This document shows positions 1 through 12,705 of a stretch of DNA of 64,000 bases, piece by piece. The position numbers were made by a program, and so were the translations under genes. The first letter of the stretch is position 1. Each line of letters begins with the position of its first letter. The notes beneath the pieces were generated by a model. That model searched no databases. It worked only from the letters and a program-made list of their open reading frames with translations, and was not told where the DNA came from. Source of the stretch: Ostrea edulis (taxonomy: Eukaryota); contig NC_079169.1 in the NCBI RefSeq assembly GCF_947568905.1, positions 90,148,001 through 90,212,000 on the forward strand, in the 5' to 3' direction.

Positions 1-396
1 TATGATGTTATTGAATGAGAACTAGCATATGCGGATCCAGAAATTTAAATGGAGGGGATTCAACTATCATGCCTACAAGTTTTTAATGTAGTTAGCTGAG
101 GGAGGAGGAGTGTTTGCTCCCTACTTCTTATAAACGAAAATTCCGGGATGAAAATGTCTATTTTGGAATCGAAATACAATGTACATGTATTGAGCATGGT
201 TGTAAAAGGGGATAAAACCAGTGAACTAGTTTGTCCAACTTGGGTATTGCTTAACGTTGTTTGTTCACTCAGGAATTTGCGAATCCCGTTCCAGTTTCTA
301 TTACAGCCGAGTTTTCATATTGTTAAGATTCAAGACTTTGATATGAATGAAATTTACTATATTTCTGTCGTGTATCTTGTGAATGTCAATTTCTTC

Positions 397-508
397 TATT
401 ACCGTTAATTCATGCTATATCGGATATTACCGTTAATTCATGCTATATCGGATATTACCGTTAATTCATGCTATATCGGATATTACCGTTAATTCATGCT
501 ATATCGGA
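397..508. repeat. Minisatellite, 4 exact copies of a 28-bp unit
   Basis: TATTACCGTTAATTCATGCTATATCGGA at 397, 425, 453 and 481. Confidence 0.95.
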
Positions 509-3500
509 GGAAACAAGTTGTAGTAACTGATCGTCAAGGAATAAGGCTAAATCACAAACATTTCGATGTCCGATTTATATACATGTATGCTAGTAATAAA
601 TGGTGTATTGTATACTAATATCACTAAGAAGAATTCATTATTTAAGAATAAAACGCCATTTTTACAGTAAAACAAATGCAACAGAAAGGAGAGGGGAGTT
701 CTAACCCCCTGGCCCCCCTCCTCCTCTGGATCTTCGCATGGCTATAGCATAGATGTATAGCTTTAAAAACAGTTCGTGGATACTCATGATTTTCTGGATA
801 GCATGAGAGAGATTTTTGTCGCGAATGTCTAAATAGTTAATGCTAATCTACATCTAATACATGTATCTAACAAAATAAACCTTTGACGTCAAAGGAAGAA
901 TATTTATCATAATCATATGCAGTGACATACTACAAAAACAAGGTCGTTACTAAGGGTACAAAGGGATTATCGGGGAGCTGCAATACGGCACAAACTGCAG
1001 ACTAATTTAATTATATTTTGGAACGAAAGACATCATGCAATACCAGGACCCAATTAAATCGGATGTCTTGAACTTTGAGGCGATATATGAAGTTAGACGC
1101 AAATCTCAAAACACAAAAAGACAACGATCTCTTTCAACTACACACACCAGTACTATGTCCTCCTGCACAGCGTATGTTTTCAGACATTGCAAATATCAGA
1201 CAATGGGAATAAAATTCTGTTGGGCAGGGCACGGTCCTCAGACAGGGGTGGTTATAACAGTTAAACGTCGTCTGAACTCGCAAGATATATCATCGCTCAA
1301 GCCGGCTGTTGTCGAATAACTTGCTGTTCTTGAGTGTTGACCTACTTATTTAAAGTTTTTTTTTTAAATATATTGTTCTAAATTTAGATAAACTTGTCCT
1401 TAATCTGTTTTGCACGTAATGCTAAATCATATGTGGTTTCTTTAATCATTGCTCTTTTGTCAATCGATCTATACACGCAGAAAGTCGAAATTAGCTGCAT
1501 CTGTATATGCAGCTCAATAAACCATTAATGCATTTATTCAATAACTATAAAACAAACATTGCATAAATGCCATAACTGACATCTCAAGGCAAGACAAAGA
1601 TTGTATTTCATTAATCAAACCAGTTAGTATATAGGTCCCTGCACATGCATGCGTATGTTTAGGTATAAAATCAGTTTATGCAATGTACATAATTACGCAG
1701 AATGATTAATTACATATACATGTGTTTACACGTATACACATTTCAAATATTTATTTCTGTTCACACTCTCTTGCAAATCTTTACAGAATACGATGAATAA
1801 AAATGGTTCGATATCCCGATTCAATATTTATAATGATTAATATTCTAACTGGCCGCACATGATCCATCAATTTAGTCAGATACCCACCCACAGCTGATGG
1901 TGAACCCCGACCTGTTCTACACATCTATACCGTGATGAATTGAATAGAAGCCCGCGTACGGCGTAGTTTGTTTACAGGCGTGTTCGCACACTGGATTAAA
2001 CCTGAATGTAGTGTAAGGACGCTAGCTACTTACTAGACTACATGTCGATGTACAACACACCTGCCAGAGCAATGCTGCAAGACCGACTATACGTGCGTTA
2101 ACAAGTGCTGCTGATTACATGTGTATTGTCAGACCAGTTTAACGTACGACACAGACATGAAACATACATACATATTATGATTTTGAAGTACACTGTACAT
2201 GTACTAAGGATGTGTGTAATACTGTATACTTTAATTACTGCTTACCATATATCACTACATCTTAAGTTTAATTTGTTTCAAAGTCGAATGTCTTTAATTT
2301 GGAAACATTGAAGTACGTAAATAAATTATAAAGTTGACATTTCATTTCCCGACTGATCGAATATTCTTTGCTTTGTATAGTAATCCGTGTCAAATGATTT
2401 TTAAGCTATCTTGGATCCGCGCCTGAACCATTGACCTAGAAAAAAAAATCATGACAATGAAGTATGTAATATCTTACATGTATTTGTGTAAACAAAACAT
2501 GTTAAAGTTTACTATTAAGACAATAAATAACTCCACGAAAATAATGAGGCTCTACAGCGGAGATTTTATTACCCTTCCAAATAATGATTCACAAAAAATT
2601 GATTTTCCAGTATAACACTTAATATCTACTCCGTATGTAGTGTTGGGTATAATGTAACCTTGACTTATTCCGTGGTAAAATGTTATAATTACGGTGAACA
2701 GTAAAGACGTAATAATATCATCTTTCAATTTCCCTTCCAGGGCCTTTAATCAAGTGTTAAAATGTCGTACATGTATAGATATAGCCGACACAATTTCCTG
2801 TTGTTGTTATAAGGACAGGTGCTGCTAAAGTAGACCAAGCCAGGAGTGGGTTCAATTCAAATCAGCTTAAAAGTAGAAAACATAACACAGTTAGTAATCT
2901 TTTTTTTTGTTTTTTTTTTTTTGCTGGCTTGTAACGTAGACCATCACAGAACCGTGACACGTGACCTGTATATGGTATCTGACGCGGACACGCCTGCGAT
3001 AGCAACAATAGTTTAGGACACGTGTCAAAAGTTTTTAAACTTTGCCGTTATTTTTGCCAATTAGAAAAACTTTTTCCGGACACTTCCTATTCAAGCATGC
3101 GTAAAATTGTGTAAAATAATTTTTAAACAACAGACATTTAGTGAATAACAAACATATGGTGAGTATACATATGATATGTTCACTTTGCCAGTTTAATAAA
3201 GTTTGGAGGAAAACCATTCATTTATCTATTTTGATTATTGAAGTATACCTTATGTACAAAGGACATTTAAAATGTCTGAATCCACCCCAATACTAGTAAT
3301 TGCCGGAATTTAAATTTCCCATGGAAGAGCTTCATTGTTATATACAATCCAATTTTACACCACGTATTGGGGAGACATGAATAGGGGGATCCACCTCTCA
3401 ATTTTCCAGCCCCTTTCCCCATTTCTTTTTTTTTTTTATCTTTGTTGGGATTGAAATATGATATTCAATATTAAAATGGCAGTTATTTCACTATCACATA

Positions 3501-3769
3501 TCATAGAAATGGGATTTTTGCGTCATATTGACTTGTTGATGTGCATTTCTATTATACTCACAAAATTTCAATACAGTGCGCTCCGAGCAAGGCAAAATTT
3601 CAAATGTTAAATACAGCCCTGATAAAAACATTAACCTCCATTCAAATACCAGTAGTTTTGCATTGACACAGATTTGTCCGTTCACCACTCATGAAGTGTC
3701 CCTATTTTGTTTAGTTTAAATGCCGTGGCCTTTGTAGATAGAAAATCTAAAACAATTTATGTCTTCGAT

Positions 3770-6700
3770 AGAAAGACAAAAAGAGACAGACCAAACACAA
3801 ATAATTCATTTCATATCGAATAACAGAAAGAGACAACCAAAACAATTCAAATCCAATAACAGAAAAACACAAACCAAAATAATTCATATCCAATAACAGA
3901 TAAACACAAAGAGACAACCAAAACAATTCATTCCAATAACAGATAAACACAAAGAGACAACCAAAACAATTCATATCCAATAACAGATAAACACAAAGAG
4001 ACAACCAAAACAATTCATATCCAATAACAGAAAAACACAAACCAAAACAATTCATATCCAATAACAGAAAGAGACAACCAAAACAATTCATATCCAATAA
4101 CAGAAAAACACAACCAAAACAATTCATATCCAATAACAGAAAGACACAAAGAGACAACCAAAACAATTCATATCCAATAACAGAAAGATACAACCGAAAC
4201 AATTCATATCTAATAACAGAAAGACAGAAAGAGACAACCAAAACAATTCATATCCAATAACAGAAAGACACAAATGGACAACCAAACAGTTCATATCCAA
4301 TAACAGAAAAACACAACCAAAACAATTCATATCCAATAACAGAAAAACACAAAGAGACAACCAAAACAAATCATATCCAATAACAGAAAGACACAAAGAG
4401 ACAACCAAAACAAATCATATCCAATAACAGAAAGACACCAATGGACAACCAAACAATTCATATCCAATAACAGAAAGAGACAACCAAAACAATTCATATC
4501 CAATAACAGAAAGACAGAAAGAGACAACCAAACAATTCATATCCAATAACAGAAAGAGACAACCAAAACAATTCATATCCAATAACAGAAAAACACAAAG
4601 AGACAACCAAAACAATTCATATCCAATAACAGAAAGACACAAAGAGACAACCAAAACAATTCATATCCAATAACAGAAAAACACAACCAAAACAATTCAT
4701 ATCCAATAACAGAAAAACAAAAAGAGACCAACCAAAACAATTCATATCCAATAACAGAAAGAGACAAACCAAAACAATTCATATCCAATAACAGAAAGAC
4801 ACAAAGAGACAACCAAAACAATTCATATCCAATAACAGAAAGACACAAATGGACAACCAAACAATTCATATCCAATAACAGAAAGAGACAAACAAAACAA
4901 TTCATATCCAATAACAGAAAGAGACAACCAAAACAATTCATATCCAATAACAGAAAAACACAAAGAGACAACTAAAACAATTCATATCTAATAACAGAAA
5001 AACACAACCAAAACAATTCATATCCAATAACAGAAAGACACAAAGAGACAAACCAAAACAATTCATTTCCAATAACAGAAAGACAGAAAGAGACAACCAA
5101 AACAATTCATATCCAATAACAGAAAGACACAAATGGACAACCAAACAATTCATATCCAATAACAGAAAGACACAAAGAGACAACCAAAACAATTCATATC
5201 CAATAACACAAAGAGACAACCAAAACAATTCATATCCAATAACACAAAGAGACAACCAAAACAATTCATATCCAATAACAGAAAAACACAACCAAAACAA
5301 TTCATATCTAATAACAGAAAGACACAAAGAGACAAACCAAAACAATTCATTTCCAATAACAGAAAGACAGAAAGAGACAACCAAAACAATTCATATCCAA
5401 TAACAGAAAGACACAAATGGACAACCAAACAATTCATATCCAATAACAGAAAGACACAAAGAGACAACCAAAACAATTCATATCCAATAACACAAAGAGA
5501 CAACCAAAACAATTCATATCCAATAACACAAAGAGACAACCAAAACAATTCATATCCAATAACAGAAAAACACAACCAAAACAATTCATATCCAATAACA
5601 GAAAGACACAAAGAGACAACCAAAACAATTCATATCCAATAACAGAAAGATACAACCGAAACAATTCATATCTAATAACAGAAAGACAGAAAGAGACAAC
5701 CAAAACAATTCATATCCAATAACAGAAAGACACAAATGGACAACCAAACAGTTCATATCCAATAACAGAAAAACACAACCAAAACAATTCATATCCAATA
5801 ACAGAAAAACACAAAGAGACAACCAAAACAAATCATATCCAATAACAGAAAGACACAAAGAGACAACCAAAACAAATCATATCCAATAACAGAAAGACAC
5901 CAATGGACAACCAAACAATTCATATCCAATAACAGAAAGAGACAACCAAAACAATTCATATCCAATAACAGAAAGACAGAAAGAGACAACCAAACAATTC
6001 ATATCCAATAACAGAAAGAGACAACCAAAACAATTCATATCCAATAACAGAAAAACACAAAGAGACAACCAAAACAATTCATATCCAATAACAGAAAGAC
6101 ACAAAGAGACAACCAAAACAATTCATATCCAATAACAGAAAAACACAACCAAAACAATTCATATCCAATAACAGAAAAACAAAAAGAGACCAACCAAAAC
6201 AATTCATATCCAATAACAGATAGAGACAAACCAAAACAATTCATATCCAATAACAGAAAGACACAAAGAGACAACCAAAACAATTCATATCCAATAACAG
6301 AAAGACACAAATGGACAACCAAACAATTCATATCCAATAACAGAAAGAGACAAACAAAACAATTCATATCCAATAACAGAAAGAGACAACCAAAACAATT
6401 CATATCCAATAACAGAAAAACACAAAGAGACAACTAAAACAATTCATATCTAATAACAGAAAAACACAACCAAAACAATTCATATCTAATAACAGAAAGA
6501 CACAAAGAGACAAACCAAAACAATTCATTTCCAATAACAGAAAGACAGAAAGAGACAACCAAAACAATTCATATCCAATAACAGAAAGACACAAATGGAC
6601 AACCAAACAATTCATATCCAATAACAGAAAGACACAAAGAGACAACCAAAACAATTCATATCCAATAACACAAAGAGACAACCAAAACAATTCATATCCA

Positions 6701-8150
6701 ATAACACAAAGAGACAACCAAAACAATTCATATCCAATAACAGAAAGAGACAACCAAAACAATTCATATCTAATAACAGAAAGAGACAACCAAAACAATT
6801 CATATCTAATAACACAAAGAGACAACCAAAACAATTCATATCTAATAACAGAAAGAGACAACCAAAACAATTCATATCCAATAACAGAAAGACACAAAGA
6901 GACAACCAAAACAATTCATATCCAATAACAGAAAAACACAAAGAGACAACTAAAACAATTCATATCTAATAACAGAAAAACACAACCAAAACAATTCATA
7001 TCTAATAACAGAAAGACACAAAGAGACAAACCAAAACAATTCATATCCAATAACAGAAAGACAGAAAGAGACAACCAAAACAATTCATATCCAATAACAG
7101 AAAGACACAAATGGACAACCAAACAATTCATATCCAATAACAGAAAGACACAAAGAGACAACCAAAACAATTCATATCCAATAACACAAAGAGACAACCA
7201 AAACAATTCATATCCAATAACACAAAGAGACAACCAAAACAATTCATATCCAATAACAGAAAGAGACAACCAAAACAATTCATATCTAATAACAGAAAGA
7301 GACAACCAAAACAATTCATATCTAATAACACAAAGAGACAACCAAAACAATTCATATCTAATAACAGAAAGAGACAACCAAAACAATTCATATCCAATAA
7401 CAGAAAGACACAAAGAGACAACCAAAACAATTCATATCCAATAACAGAAAGACACAAAGAGACAACCAAAACAATTCATATCCAATAACAGAAAAACACA
7501 AAGAGACAACCAAAACAATTCATATCCAATAACAGAAAGACACAAATGGACAACCAAACAATTCATATCCAATAACAGAAAGAGACAACCAAAACAATTC
7601 ATATCCAATAACAGAAAGAGACAACCAAAACAATTCATATCCAATAACAGAAAGACACAAAGAGACAACCAAAACAATTCATATCCAATAACAGAAAGAG
7701 ACAACCAAAACAATTCATATCCAATAACAGAAAGACACAAATGGACAACCAAAACAATTCATATCCAATAACAGAAAGACACAAAGAGACAACCAAAACA
7801 ATTCATATCCAATAACACAAAGAGACAACCAAAACAATTCATATCCAATAACAGAAAGAGACAACCAAAACAATTCATATCTAATAACAGAAAGAGACAA
7901 CCAAAACAATTCATATCCAATAACAGAAAGACACAAATGGACAACCAAAACAATTCATATCCAATAACAGAAAGACACAAAGAGACAACTAAAACAATTC
8001 ATATCCAATAACAGAAAAACACAAAGAGACAAGAAAACAATTCATATCCAATAACAGAAAGAGAAAACCAAAACAATTCATATCCAATAACAGAAAGACA
8101 CAAATGGACAACCAAACAATTCATATCCAATAATAGAAAGAGACAGACCA
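3770..8150. repeat. Large A/C-rich variant minisatellite (36-45-bp units, ~110 copies) with higher-order repeats
   Basis: Constant core AAACAATTCATATCCAATAACA followed by about 7 related linkers (GAAAGAGACAACC, GAAAGACACAAAGAGACAACC, GAAAAACACAACC, GAAAGACACAAATGGACAACC and others). Diagnostic variants recur at offsets of 1462, 516 and 284 bp. The array explains all minus-strand ORFs from 3747 to 7980. Confidence 0.97.
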
Positions 8151-8382
8151 AAGCAATCTATGCCCCCGACAGGAGGATATAAACATCTAGACCAAAATAA
8201 TGTATGTTCCCCAACAAAGCCATGAAGAGACAGACAGACCTATACATATTTTATGTCTCCCGACGGCAAAACTCCAAGGGACGATCATGCCAAAATAATT
8301 CACGTTTACCAATTGACGCAGAATTTATGTCACTTGTCTTAGAGTTGATGATTTCTCTACATTAGCGATTGATTTGTAAAAT

Positions 8383-8640
8383 GGGAGGATTCGGTTTAGA
8401 ATATGTCCTCAGTACACCTTCAGAGGCGACTAAATGGGGCAGTCCTTCGGATGAGAGCGCACAAACCGAGGTCCCATGTCATCGCAGGTGTGGCACGATA
8501 AAGATCCCTCCCTACTCCAACGCCTTACGCGCCAAGCATAGGCCAAAATTTTGCAGTCTTTTACCGGCAATGGTGACGTCTCCATACGAGTGGAAAACAT
8601 TCTGGATAGGGACGTTAAACAGAACAAAACCAAACCAACT
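8383..8640 (+). mobile_element. 5'-truncated oyster-type SINE
   Basis: Homologous to the copy at 17666-17931 (GTCCTTCGGATGAGA...CAGGTGTGGCACGATAAAGATCCCTCCCT...GGACGTTAAAC), with a short AAACC-type tail. Confidence 0.8.
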
Positions 8641-8730
8641 CATCGAATGAAACGTAAAACAATACACAAACAAACTTCTACAATAATGAAAAATACGCAA
8701 AGACACGGACAGACAGACCAACGCAATGTA

Positions 8731-8915
8731 TATATTCCCTGATAGAAAGACACCAAGGGACAAATAGACCGACACAATTTGTATATTCCCTGATAGAAAG
8801 ACACCAAGGGACAAATAGACCGACACAATTTGTATATTCCCTGATAGAAAGACACCAAGGGACAAATAGACCGACACAATTTGTATATTCCCTGATAGAA
8901 AGACATCAAGAGACA
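8731..8915. repeat. 51-bp tandem repeat (3 full copies plus 1 partial), a diverged relative of the large minisatellite unit
   Basis: TATATTCCCTGATAGAAAGACACCAAGGGACAAATAGACCGACACAATTTG at 8731, 8782 and 8833, partial at 8884. It shares ACAATT..ATAT.CC..A.AGAAAGACAC.AAG.GACAA with the 3770-8150 unit. Confidence 0.9.
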
Positions 8916-9326
8916 GACGGACCGACATAAGTTACGGTCCCCGTCAGAACGAGACGGACATTCCAAAGAAAAGTATGTGACGGAACGACACTGGTGTAAA
9001 GACACAGACGAACCAAAATAATGTGTGTCTCCCTGCAGAAAGACCTTAGAGACAGATAAACGAAAACTATTAATGTTCTCTTACTAAAAGACACAATTTT
9101 GTTTCCAGACTGAAACACAGCAATGGGCAGACCAAAACAAGATACACTTTAATTTTTTCCCTATATAAAACTAATACAATCTAAAACGTTTCAACTGTTA
9201 AATCAACTCTCACACTCGTGGTCTATTGACCGGTCAATGGTTTTCGAATTGTTGACCGGGCAATAGTCTGCTCTATTTCTATTGGCTACACAAGTCACGT
9301 AATTATCAATCTGCTGCTTTTACGTA

Positions 9327-11655
9327 ATGGCGAGGTTTATTAATTTTAGTGATGATGAGATACAGACTTTATTAGATCAAACGGAAAGCAGGAATACGAA
9401 AAATATTATCAACGTTGCGAAAAATATTTTCGAACAATATATCAACGAAATGCTTCAACAGAATTACGATGATATACAAGATATACCTGCCGAAGAACAA
9501 TCTAATTAAAATTAGATCCTTTGATCCGCTCATCTACTATCGCTACACAATGTCCTTGTGTAGCGATAGTAGATGAGCGGATCAAAGGATCTAATTTTAA
9601 TTAGATTGGCCGAAGAATTTACTCTTGTTCGATGAAATTTTATTGTAACGTCAGGAATCGCAATGGAGAACCTTATGCTAAGAAAACAATATTTTTTCTC
9701 AGGTACGGTTTAAAGAAAACATTTGAAAAAAACCGCACAAATTTGACATTGTAAATGACGACAGATTCAAGGAGGCCAACAAACTTTTTCATGCTTTTTT
9801 GAAAAAGCTGAAAATGGAAGGGGGTGGTGAAAGCAAACATGAGGAAATTAATTCCGAGGAAGATATAAAAAAAATTGTATTCAACCCATACTTTATCGAC
9901 TAAAGACCTTAAATCTCTAGGTGTTTTTTGAACTAATGATGTTTTTGTGTAACCGCGAAAGAGAAAACCGCCGCACTATGACCAAAGAAGATTTGGTAGT
10001 AAACACTGATGCTAATGGGAGGAGATATGTTGTAAAAGTGAAACCAAGGCTCACTAAAAATCACCAGGGTGGAACAGATTACGTGGATGATGGTGGCGGT
10101 AGGATGTACGAAAGAACAGGTAAGAAACTAGTAAAAATGGATATGAATCAGTGTTATACTTAGGGCCATTTCAACACGTTTCACAGGGGATTGATGTCAG
10201 CCTGTCTATTCCATAAAATAGAAATTAACAACACTTTTTCCAGATATATATTGTGGCATGTATATTTCACTTGTTGCACACTTGAAACCAATATCAATTT
10301 AAGGTGGGCCGATCCTCAGGTGACTTATCAATATTAATGGTTAAAAGTGGAAAAACTGTATTAATTTCCACTCAATATAGTTTAATCTAACCAATAACCA
10401 AATAAAATGTGTATGTTGCCACCCTTTTAAAGATGCCAGACATACAAAAACAGAAGCATATATCAACATTAAAAAAATCGCACATTTTCGTTAAATAGAA
10501 TGATGAAAATTTTAAAAAAAACTTGTTGAAATGACAAATTTTAAATTTTAAATTAAGAAATCTGATAATTCATAGATATATAAAAATTAATTGTTGATAT
10601 TAGTGAAATCATTGTCATAGACATGCAGTAGAGGAAATTCCAGCATAGGAGTTATTGCCCTTGACAACATTTTTTAAAATTATAAATAATTGATTATCTA
10701 TGGAAAATAAAAACTTTTTCCGTATCAAAAGTTTACCAGATTTTTTATTTTATTCAGTGAATAAAATTCCTGTGAAAGATATATTTCATGCGAAAAATTT
10801 GATTAAATAAAGATTTTGCAAAAACCTATGACATCACATGAGGATCAATCAACCTTAATTTTGTTTTGTGTGAGCTAGATATTTATATCATTCAGAAAGT
10901 TTTCTGTCTTGTCTTAATCTTATTTATATGAACTTAATAATTGTACAGAGGTAGGTTTTAAAAAAAAAAACCACTTATTTTAGTTCAATTTTATTCTAGG
11001 AACCCCATACTGCCCTGTTCTAAGCTTCGAGAAATACCTGACGAAATTAAATCCAGGTTGTCATTTCTTATGGCAACGGCCCAAGAGTTTTCAAGCTGAA
11101 AGTGAGGATCCATCGATTTGGTATGACAACATGGTTCTGGGCAAGAACTCCCTCGGCCAAATGATGCAGAATATAAGTAAACAAGCAGATCTTTCTAAAG
11201 TGTACAGTAATCACTGCATTAGGGCTACCTGCATAACTCTTCTGGATGAAAGTGGGTATGAAGGGAGGCATATTATGACTGTCTCAAAACATAAATCGAA
11301 AACAACTTTAAAACATTACGTCTCAAAAGCACGGGAGAGAAAGAAACGCGAAATGTCTAACGCATTGGCAGAACAAGTAATCCCACAGACAGCACCAGCT
11401 CCAGAAGTGATCACTGCTACAAGCTCTGATAATGCGAATTTAGAAAATGTTGACTTTCTAGAAATAGATAGTCAGGAATTAAACAATATGATGGTTTCTG
11501 TGCTTGAACAGAATTCAACCGTTGCACAGTCTAACATTCCTGAGCTTAGCACCGTCAATAACCAAATCACGTGCGTTTCGAAAGAAAATGTTTGTCCAAA
11601 ATACAGTTTTAATAACTGTTCAGTCGTTATTAATGACTATGGTGGAAAAAACTAA
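9327..11655 (+). pseudogene. Crypton-type tyrosine recombinase (DUF3504-like) gene of a decayed DNA transposon; two exons (9327-10119, 11000-11655)
   Basis: Conceptual peptide pieces: MARF..SDDEIQTLL..SRNTK; KFYCNVRNRNGEPYAKKT; FDIVNDDRFKEAN; VFFELMMFLCNRERENRR; LTKNHQG; RMYERTG|TPYCPVLSFEKYLTKLNP; WQRPK; WYDNMVLGKNSLG; NHCIRAT; VSKHKS; LKHY. The R / HxxR / H / Y catalytic set is present. A GT-AG intron (10120-10999) restores the frame. At least 3 frameshifts and a MITE insertion disrupt exon 1. Confidence 0.88.
9498..9608. mobile_element. 111-bp perfectly palindromic MITE with 9-bp TSD (AcademH-like)
   Basis: 53-bp perfect arms (9498-9550 / 9556-9608) with loop TGTCC. Direct repeat GCCGAAGAA at 9489-9497 and 9609-9617. 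Termini CAATC...GATTG. Confidence 0.9.
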
Positions 11656-11899
11656 AAGTTAAAAAGCTAATGATTACAAACACACCCTGAAATTTCAACC
11701 CCAGAATAAAATCACAGCTTCTGTAGTTTCTGTTCACGTGGACCTTGTTGTTATATTTACATATATATTGTTAAAATTCATGAATAATAAACGTTAATTG
11801 ATTTAATTATATTTTTCGATCTTTCAACAAGTGGATACGTTGATAAACGTACACAATCAACAAACCATGTGTTAGTAAAACAGCCTAAAAAATTAAGGT

Positions 11900-11941
11900 G
11901 TATAGCGAAACGGTTATAGACTGGGTCCTCGGACAACAGCT

Positions 11942-11974
<33 letters not shown>

Positions 11975-12385
11975 AAAGCCCTACCTCGAACCCAGTCAAT
12001 AACTGTATAATGTCCACCGATCTTCGGTGGATCACAGGGACATTAAATTCTGAACTCTCTATTTAGATTCTCATCACAGTTCAGAACAAAATTTGTTTTT
12101 ACATACTAATTGTGATGTAAAGCCTTCAACACAGGTCTATAATGGAATACAGTACAATATACATGTATTGCACGATTATGAAGATTTATTCACCCCAGAA
12201 AAATCGAATTCATGCAGGTAGATGAATGAAATCCAATTTACACTTTACAACAAATTCGGACCTGGATTGTACGACTAAATACTAATAAAATTCAGAATTT
12301 TACTGGATGAGATGGAGATATGAAGATTTATTCATCCCAGAAAAATCGAATTCATATGAATGCAGGTAGATGAATGAATCTAAAA
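11900..12385. other. Probable Crypton 3' terminal region with hairpin and duplicated motif
   Basis: Hairpin AATGTCCACCGATCTTCGGTGGATCACAGGGACATT near 12009-12044. Two copies of ATGAAGATTTATTCAYCCCAGAAAAATCGAATTCA...GATGAATGAA near 12178 and 12320. Assignment to the element rests on recalled similarity to non-autonomous Crypton ends. Confidence 0.45.
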
Positions 12386-12544
12386 TGTTCACATAAATGA
12401 CAGTACATGTGTATTTAGCTTTACGGCGTTATAAAGATTCAAGTAAGGTTTATTAATGAAGACTAAGAATTGTGACACATTTAAATGTATATAAATGTAC
12501 TATTCGTTTAGTGTAGATATGTCATTAAATTAGCTTTCGGTGAA

Positions 12545-12705
12545 GTGCCACAAATCTATTAAGGTCATATCCGAAAGAGTGGTGACTTATACTTCGCTTG
12601 GCAAACGGGTGACTTTGAACAATACCTTGAGCAGTGACTGTCGCCGGGATTGAGATTTGAACCCAGACCTCCTGGCTGCAAAGTACGCTAACCACTATGA
12701 TTACG
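12545..12705 (-). mobile_element. Degenerate tRNA-derived SINE head
   Basis: Minus strand reads TAGTGGTTAG (A-box; + strand 12688-12697) and GGGTTCAAATC (B-box; + strand 12654-12664), then CTTTCGGATATGACCTT...GTGGCAC resembling the SINE core. No complete cloverleaf. Confidence 0.55.

Noticed and set aside
27-742. Short element bounded by GCGGATCCAG / CTGGATC..GCATG ends
   Set aside because: The ends are degenerate and no TSD could be read; similar motifs at 2412, 15948 and 16965 are isolated remnants.
1035-1345. Possible exon(s) of a gene at the left edge (+ ORF 1035-1319, or minus-strand VNTQEQQVIRQQPA-stop)
   Set aside because: No recognisable domain, a poor acceptor, and no phase-consistent partner exon could be established.
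3747-7980. Many minus-strand Cys/Leu/Phe-rich ORFs (66-169 aa) as membrane proteins
   Set aside because: They are translations of the satellite; the A/C-rich unit rarely yields stops on the minus strand, and most starts are non-ATG.
3770-8150. CRISPR-like appearance (constant repeat plus variable spacers)
   Set aside because: Spacers come from about 7 mutually related variants and recur in blocks; there are no unique spacers, no cas genes, and the context is eukaryotic.
12650-12705. tRNA gene
   Set aside because: A- and B-box-like motifs are present, but there is no complete cloverleaf and the sequence continues into SINE core sequence.
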